Source: Ferruginibacter sp. | GTDB lineage: Bacteria; Bacteroidota; Bacteroidia; Chitinophagales; Chitinophagaceae | Direction: 5' to 3' | Assembly (NCBI GenBank): GCA_046329695.1 | Contig: JAXLUE010000007.1 | Location: 9,065 to 73,064, forward strand | Length of the DNA stretch: 64,000 nt | Shown here: positions 58,401-64,000 of the stretch, in pieces | Layout: every line of letters starts with the position of its first letter | Position numbering within the stretch: position 1 is the first letter of the stretch | Notes under the pieces: model-generated | What the model saw: the letters and a program-made list of their open reading frames with translations, nothing else | The model's database searches: none | Told to the model about the DNA's origin: nothing | Position numbers and translations under genes: made by a program

Positions 58401-58964
58401 ATGTCAGACAGTATAGAGAAAATCATGGCCGATGCAACCAGTGCCATGACGAAAGCCATCAACCACCTCGAAACGGAATTATCAAAAATCAGGGCCGGAA
58501 AAGCCAACCCTTCCATGGTGGATGGGATCATGGTGGACTATTATGGCAACCCAACACCCATCAACCAGGTGGCCAACGTATCGGCGCTGGATGCACGTAC
58601 GATCTCCATACAACCCTGGGAAAAAAATATGATGCAACCCATTGAAAGGGCCATCATAGCGGCCAATATCGGCATCAACCCGCAGAACGATGGCAATTCC
58701 ATCCGCCTTTTCCTTCCCCCGCTGACAGAAGAAAGAAGAAAGGAACTGGTAAAAAAATGCAACGGCGAAGGAGAGCATGGAAAAGTATCCGTTCGCAACA
58801 TTCGCCGGGATGCCATTGAACACATCAAAAAACTTCAGAAAGACGGTGTGAGCGAAGATGCCTGCAAGGATGCGGAAAATGATGTGCAGGAGCTGACCGA
58901 TAAATATATCCTGCTGGTGGAAAAACACCTGGCTGCGAAAGAAAAGGAGATCATGGCCGTCTGA
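58401..58964 (+). CDS. frr: Ribosome recycling factor
   Basis: IRAGKANP, VDYYG, IQPWEK, NPQNDG, PPLTEERRKEL, VRNIRR and KEKEIM. TAGATTTG lies at 58373-58380. Confidence 0.96.
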   Translation: MSDSIEKIMADATSAMTKAINHLETELSKIRAGKANPSMVDGIMVDYYGNPTPINQVANVSALDARTISIQPWEKNMMQPIERAIIAANIGINPQNDGNSIRLFLPPLTEERRKELVKKCNGEGEHGKVSVRNIRRDAIEHIKKLQKDGVSEDACKDAENDVQELTDKYILLVEKHLAAKEKEIMAV

Positions 58965-58989
58965 CCCGCGTATCTTAATCCACATCAAC

Positions 58990-59871
58990 ATGGAATCAAC
59001 CCGGGAAGCCTGGTTCTTAATCGTTTCGGTTCCTTTATATGCGATCCTGATCGGCACCGAGATCTTGCTGAGCAACTGGCAGGGGCGAAAATTCTACACC
59101 CTCCGGGAAACATTGCAGAACGTATACCTCACGCTGATCAATGCCGGCATCGACCTGCTCCTTCGCTGGGCATTCTACGTTGGCATACTCATGTGGTGTT
59201 ACAACCACCATTTTGTAACCATTGAACATGCCTTCGCTTACTGGTTCCTGTTATTCATCCTGGAAGACCTGGCCTTTTATTTCGAGCACCGCATCGACCA
59301 TTACTGCCGCATCTTCTGGGCCGTTCATATCACCCATCATTCGTCAGAAGAATTCAACCTCACCACGGGGTTCCGCTCATCGGTGTTCCAGCCGGTTTAC
59401 CGTTTCCTTTATTTCATACCAATAGCCCTGCTGGGCTTCCACCCGATCGATATTGTGTTCATGTATTCCATCACGCAGACCTACGGCATACTCGTTCATA
59501 CACAGTATATCCAAAAAATGCCGGCCTGGTTTGAGGCCATATTCGTAAGTCCTTCGCACCACCGGGTACACCATGCCAGCAATATCAGGTACCTCGACAG
59601 GAACATGGGCATGTGCCTGATCATCTGGGATAAAATATTCGGCACCTTCCAGGAAGAACTGAAAACAGACCCGGTCCGATACGGACTGACCAAACCGGTG
59701 GAACAGCCGGGTAATACCTGGCAGGTGGTTTTTCATGAATGGAAGATGATCGGAAAAGACCTGAAGAAAAAAATACCGCTTTCGCAGAAACTTAAATACC
59801 TGTTCATGCCTCCGGGCTGGAGCCACGACGGCAGTTCGCAAACCGCTGACGAACTGCGGAAAGATCTGTAA
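58990..59871 (+). CDS. Sterol desaturase/fatty acid hydroxylase family protein (alkylglycerol monooxygenase-like)
   Basis: His boxes EHRIDH, HITHHSS, LVH and SHHRVHH, plus WDKIFGTF. Confidence 0.88.
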   Translation: MESTREAWFLIVSVPLYAILIGTEILLSNWQGRKFYTLRETLQNVYLTLINAGIDLLLRWAFYVGILMWCYNHHFVTIEHAFAYWFLLFILEDLAFYFEHRIDHYCRIFWAVHITHHSSEEFNLTTGFRSSVFQPVYRFLYFIPIALLGFHPIDIVFMYSITQTYGILVHTQYIQKMPAWFEAIFVSPSHHRVHHASNIRYLDRNMGMCLIIWDKIFGTFQEELKTDPVRYGLTKPVEQPGNTWQVVFHEWKMIGKDLKKKIPLSQKLKYLFMPPGWSHDGSSQTADELRKDL

Positions 59872-59902
59872 GCAGGTGATCAAATTCCACTAATTTTATC
59901 GC

Positions 59903-61072
59903 ATGCAAATTTTACCCGTAAGCGATGCGGCCGGCGGGCGCCGGTTCATCCAGGTGGCGGTTGACCTCTACAGGAACGACCCTCACTGGATCAGGCCGCT
60001 GGATAAGGATATCAATGAAGTGTTTGACCCGGCAAAAAACAAAGCCTTCCGTTCCGGCACCGTGCAACGATGGATATTACAGGACGATGATGGAAGACCA
60101 ACCGGAAGGATCGCCGCATTTACCAACAAAAAATATAAGAATAAGGGAGATGATGTTCCGGTGGGTGGCATAGGCTTCTTTGAATGCATCAACAACCAGG
60201 AAGCCGCCGATATGTTGCTGGATAATGCCCGTCACTGGCTTTTGCAACAGGGCATGCAGGCCATGGACGGACCGATCAATTTCGGGGAACGAGACAGATG
60301 GTGGGGCATGGTTACACAGGGATACCAGGAGCCCCTGTATTGCATGAATTACAATCCCCCCTATTATAAAACCCTGTTTGAAGAATATGGATTCAGGCCT
60401 TTTTATCACCAGGTTTGTATGGGCATGCACCCTAAAAAGCTCCTGCAGCCAAAAATTTGGGAAAGGCATGACAGGATCGCGCAAATTCCCGGCTTCCGGG
60501 CTGAACATATCCGCAAAAACAAACTGGAAAAATATGCGGCTGATTTTACGGAAGTATATAATCAAGCATGGGCCGGTCATGGCGGCCTGAAACATCTGCA
60601 CAAAGAACAGGTGGTTGCCATGTTCCGAAAAATGAAACCGGTCATGGACGAACGCATCATCTGGTTCGTTTATCACCAGGATTCGCCCGTTGGCATATTT
60701 ATCAACCTGCCCGACCTGAACCAATGGTTCAAGGAACTCAACGGAAAATTCGGCCTACTGCATAAACTATACTTCCTGTGGCTCAAGGCAATCAAGCGCA
60801 ACAAACGATTTACAGGCCTTGTTTTCGGCATTGTGCCTGAATGGCAGGGAAAAGGAGTGGATGCATATTTAATCGGGGAAGCGGCTAAAGTGATCCAGTC
60901 GGATCAGGTGCCTTATACAGAATATGAAATGCAGTGGATCGGCGATTTTAACCCTAAAATGATCAATATTGCCGAAAACCTGGGCGAGGTTTTCAGAACC
61001 AGGGAACTCACCACTTACCGGTACCTGTTCGACCGGACCAAAGAATTCAAACGACACCCCATATTGGTGTGA
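59903..61072 (+). CDS. Conserved hypothetical GNAT-fold protein (YghO-like)
   Basis: LYRNDPHWIRPL, GRIAAF, GFFEC, GPINF, YNPPYY, LPDLNQ and GIVPEWQGKGV. Confidence 0.75.
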   Translation: MQILPVSDAAGGRRFIQVAVDLYRNDPHWIRPLDKDINEVFDPAKNKAFRSGTVQRWILQDDDGRPTGRIAAFTNKKYKNKGDDVPVGGIGFFECINNQEAADMLLDNARHWLLQQGMQAMDGPINFGERDRWWGMVTQGYQEPLYCMNYNPPYYKTLFEEYGFRPFYHQVCMGMHPKKLLQPKIWERHDRIAQIPGFRAEHIRKNKLEKYAADFTEVYNQAWAGHGGLKHLHKEQVVAMFRKMKPVMDERIIWFVYHQDSPVGIFINLPDLNQWFKELNGKFGLLHKLYFLWLKAIKRNKRFTGLVFGIVPEWQGKGVDAYLIGEAAKVIQSDQVPYTEYEMQWIGDFNPKMINIAENLGEVFRTRELTTYRYLFDRTKEFKRHPILV

Positions 61073-61263
61073 GAAGATGTAAATTTGCGAAGAACGGGGA
61101 GAAAGGAATTGATTGCCGGGTATTGATATCTGACTGAATCGTTTTGAGTTTGAAGTGTATGATAACACGGTATATTTTAAATCCATTCAACGATATCAAT
61201 CCATACACCCTTTCAACGATCTCAACGTCTTTAACATAAAAACTTAAACCTTCTTTCCACTTA

Positions 61264-63072
61264 ATGGATACTTTCATTGTTTCAGCACGGAAATACAGGC
61301 CACAGAACTTCGCTACCGTGGTAGGGCAAGCGCATATCACCACCACGCTGAAGAATGCCATCAATAATAATCAGCTGGCGCATGCATTTCTATTCACGGG
61401 CCCGCGTGGCGTTGGAAAAACGACCTGTGCCCGCATACTGGCTAAAACGATCAATTGCGAAAAGAGGAGCAAGGAAGGGGAAGCCTGTAACACCTGTAAC
61501 AGTTGCGTGTCGTTCGATAACGGCACATCCATGAATATCCATGAACTGGATGCGGCCAGCAACAATTCAGTGGATGATATCAGGGCCCTGGTGGAGCAGG
61601 TACGGTTTGCGCCACAGGCCGGCAAATACAAAGTGTATATCATCGATGAAGTTCATATGCTCAGTTCAGCCGCCTTTAACGCGTTTCTGAAAACACTGGA
61701 AGAACCCCCGCACTACGCCATCTTCATCCTGGCCACCACGGAAAAACATAAAATACTTCCCACCATACTCAGCCGGTGCCAGATCTTTGATTTCAAACGT
61801 ATAACCATCAACGATACGATCGAACACCTGCAGGAGATCTGCGATAAGGAAAAGATCAAAGCTGAAAAAGCCGCATTACATGTCATTGCCCAAAAAAGCG
61901 AAGGTTGTATGCGGGACGCGCTGAGTATCCTCGATAAGATCGTGAGTTTCACAGGGGGACAATTAGGATATACGTCTACACTGGAACACCTGAACATCCT
62001 GGATGAAGATTATTACTTCCGCTTACTGGAACACCTGCAGGCCCAGCAATTACCCGAAGCCATGCTCCTGTTCGATGAGATCAACCAGAAGGGTTTTGAA
62101 GGAGATACACTGCTGGAAGGCTTTGCAGAATTCCTGCGTAACCTGCTGGTCAGTAAAGACCCCAAAGCTGCCGTATTGCTGGAAGTAGCGGAAGACTATA
62201 AAAAGAAATATGCGGCACGGTCGGCTCTCGTTCCCACAGGATGGCTGATCGGCGCCCTGAATATGGTGAACGACAGCAGCATACAATTTAAAACGGCCAG
62301 AAACAAGCGGCTGCATATAGAACTCCTGCTCATCAAACTGGCTTTTCTCGGCCAGGCGATACAGTTAGTATCAGGTGAATCTGGCATCATAAAAAAAAAG
62401 CTGACGGAGGATAAGGCCGTACCCTTCCGCAATATTCCCATCATTGCCATCCGGGAAAATACAGTCACGGAGAAAAAACCTGCGGCAACCGCCGATCAGC
62501 CGCGTAAGGGAGCCACACTGGTCATCGAAACACCGAAACAAGACCAGGAACCGCCGCAGGCCAAAGATCCCATCTCACAACATGACAGGGCCACAACATC
62601 CATTACCGCGGAAGCACCCGCAAAAATAGGTTCACTCAGCCGGATCAGACAACAGATCATCAAAACAAACCAAACGCTGAACCCTGTTAAATCCCTGACC
62701 CTTGATTCGCTGCAGGAAGCCTGGAAACAGATCATCGAAAAAATGATCGCCGAAAAATCCAACCAGGCGGCCATCAATAATTTCAGCCAGGCAAAATTGG
62801 AAATCGTTGATGATAACCTGTTCAGCATCATTTCCGATAATATCCTCCAACAAAAATTCATTGAATCGGAAAGAGCGGGCCTGATCGACCATATGCAGTC
62901 GTTCTTCAACAACAAATATTTGACATTTCAGCTCCTGCTGGATGAAAAGGAGGTCGTGGAAAATACAGGTCCCAAACCCCCGACGATCAGGGAACAATAC
63001 AACCAACTGGCGGCTCAATACCCCATGATCAGGGAACTGAAAGAAAGACTGAAACTGGAATTAGGGAGCTGA
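61264..63072 (+). CDS. dnaX: DNA polymerase III subunit gamma/tau
   Basis: ARKYRP, GPRGVGKTT, Zn site CNTCNSC, ELDAASNNSVDDIR, IIDEVHML and TILSRC. Confidence 0.96.
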   Translation: MDTFIVSARKYRPQNFATVVGQAHITTTLKNAINNNQLAHAFLFTGPRGVGKTTCARILAKTINCEKRSKEGEACNTCNSCVSFDNGTSMNIHELDAASNNSVDDIRALVEQVRFAPQAGKYKVYIIDEVHMLSSAAFNAFLKTLEEPPHYAIFILATTEKHKILPTILSRCQIFDFKRITINDTIEHLQEICDKEKIKAEKAALHVIAQKSEGCMRDALSILDKIVSFTGGQLGYTSTLEHLNILDEDYYFRLLEHLQAQQLPEAMLLFDEINQKGFEGDTLLEGFAEFLRNLLVSKDPKAAVLLEVAEDYKKKYAARSALVPTGWLIGALNMVNDSSIQFKTARNKRLHIELLLIKLAFLGQAIQLVSGESGIIKKKLTEDKAVPFRNIPIIAIRENTVTEKKPAATADQPRKGATLVIETPKQDQEPPQAKDPISQHDRATTSITAEAPAKIGSLSRIRQQIIKTNQTLNPVKSLTLDSLQEAWKQIIEKMIAEKSNQAAINNFSQAKLEIVDDNLFSIISDNILQQKFIESERAGLIDHMQSFFNNKYLTFQLLLDEKEVVENTGPKPPTIREQYNQLAAQYPMIRELKERLKLELGS

Positions 63073-63211
63073 CCTCAACGTGTGGAATTACCCTGAAACC
63101 CCCTGTGGAACCTTTCGCAGGGTAACGGGCTGCCAAATTTACCAATTCGCTGATAAAACCTGATTTTACCTTAATTTCGGGCTTCCAAAAAAAGATCAAA
63201 AGCAGATTATT

Positions 63212-64000
63212 ATGGCTGAAGTAATACGTATGCCCAGGCTGAGCGATACAATGGCTGAAGGGGTGATTGTTGCCTGGAATAAAAAGGTGGGCGATAAGAT
63301 TAAGCCGGGCGATGTACTGGCCGAAGTGGAAACCGATAAAGCCACCATGGAATTGGAAAGTTATAACGAAGGAACGCTCCTGTACATCGGAGTAGACCAG
63401 GGCAAAGCCGTTCAGGTGGATGGCGTGCTGGCCGTTGTTGGAAAAGCCGGAGAAGATTTTAAAGCAGCGCTGGCCGCGGCTGAAGGCGGAACACAGGCTA
63501 AAACGGAGGACAAAGCCCCAGCCCAGACCGCAACCGCATCAACCGGACAAGCCGTTGCGCTTCCCGCCGGTGCCAAAGAAATCAGGATGCCCCTGCTCAG
63601 TGATACCATGACCGAAGGAAAGATTGTAGCATGGAATAAGAAACTCGGGGATACCGTCAAATCTGATGACGTATTGGCCGAAGTGGAAACCGATAAAGCC
63701 ACCATGGAAGTGGTGGGTTACGAAGAAGGCACCCTTTTATATATCGGCGTGGAAGCCGGTAAGGCCGCGAAGATCAATGAGATCATTGCCATTGTTGGTA
63801 AGCCGGGAACCGATGTCAGCGCCTATGTGGCTGCCGAAAAAAGTGGCGCTAACCAGCAAGCCGCCTCAGCTCCTGCCGCCAGTGCAGCCGCTGCACCCGC
63901 AACCGTGGCTGTCAATAATGCCTTGCCAGCCGAAACAACAACTGTCAATGGGCAGGAAAGGTTAAAAGCATCGCCGCTGGCCAAGAAACTGGCCCAGGAA
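63212..64000 (+). CDS. pdhC: Pyruvate dehydrogenase E2 dihydrolipoamide acetyltransferase, N-terminal part (3' truncated)
   Basis: Read directly from ATG 63212: MAEVIRMPRLSDTMAEG..EVETDKATMELES, a second lipoyl domain MPLLSDTMTEG..EVETDKATMEV, then the E3-binding RLKASPLAKKLA. The frame is open to the window end. Confidence 0.92.
   Translation, partial: MAEVIRMPRLSDTMAEGVIVAWNKKVGDKIKPGDVLAEVETDKATMELESYNEGTLLYIGVDQGKAVQVDGVLAVVGKAGEDFKAALAAAEGGTQAKTEDKAPAQTATASTGQAVALPAGAKEIRMPLLSDTMTEGKIVAWNKKLGDTVKSDDVLAEVETDKATMEVVGYEEGTLLYIGVEAGKAAKINEIIAIVGKPGTDVSAYVAAEKSGANQQAASAPAASAAAAPATVAVNNALPAETTTVNGQERLKASPLAKKLAQE

Noticed and set aside
61073-61263. SRP RNA (ffs), often found upstream of dnaX
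   Set aside because: No conserved helix-8 CAGG..GGAA..AGCAG motif is visible.

Overview
This window looks like a Bacteroidota (Chitinophagaceae-like) chromosome segment, judged from T9SS C-terminal sorting domains, TAnnTTTG promoters, alpha2-type GlyRS, type-2 IleRS and a nuo operon lacking nuoEFG. Housekeeping genes include nrdJ (3' part), glyQS, mfd, gyrB, ileS, dksA-like, msbA-like, rbfA, lolC/E-like, frr, dnaX and pdhC (5' part). A ~20 kb low-oxygen energy cluster carries a DsrL/GltD-like Fe-S flavoprotein split at an A_AAA_AAG site, PFOR, a DHODH-like protein lacking the catalytic Cys, PPDK, a small unknown protein, an 11-subunit complex I and an FNR-type reductase. Other elements are a RAYT transposase with a perfect 38-bp nested palindrome, an uncharacterised GH18-like lipoprotein plus large helical exported protein pair, a 2509-aa T9SS protein with 20 x 85-aa repeats, an araC/TonB receptor/hmuY module, a candidate sigma54-driven small transcript upstream of ileS, and a dnaX A9G slippage site. 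No rRNA, tRNA, CRISPR or prophage was seen. All calls come from reading motifs by eye; no database search was run.
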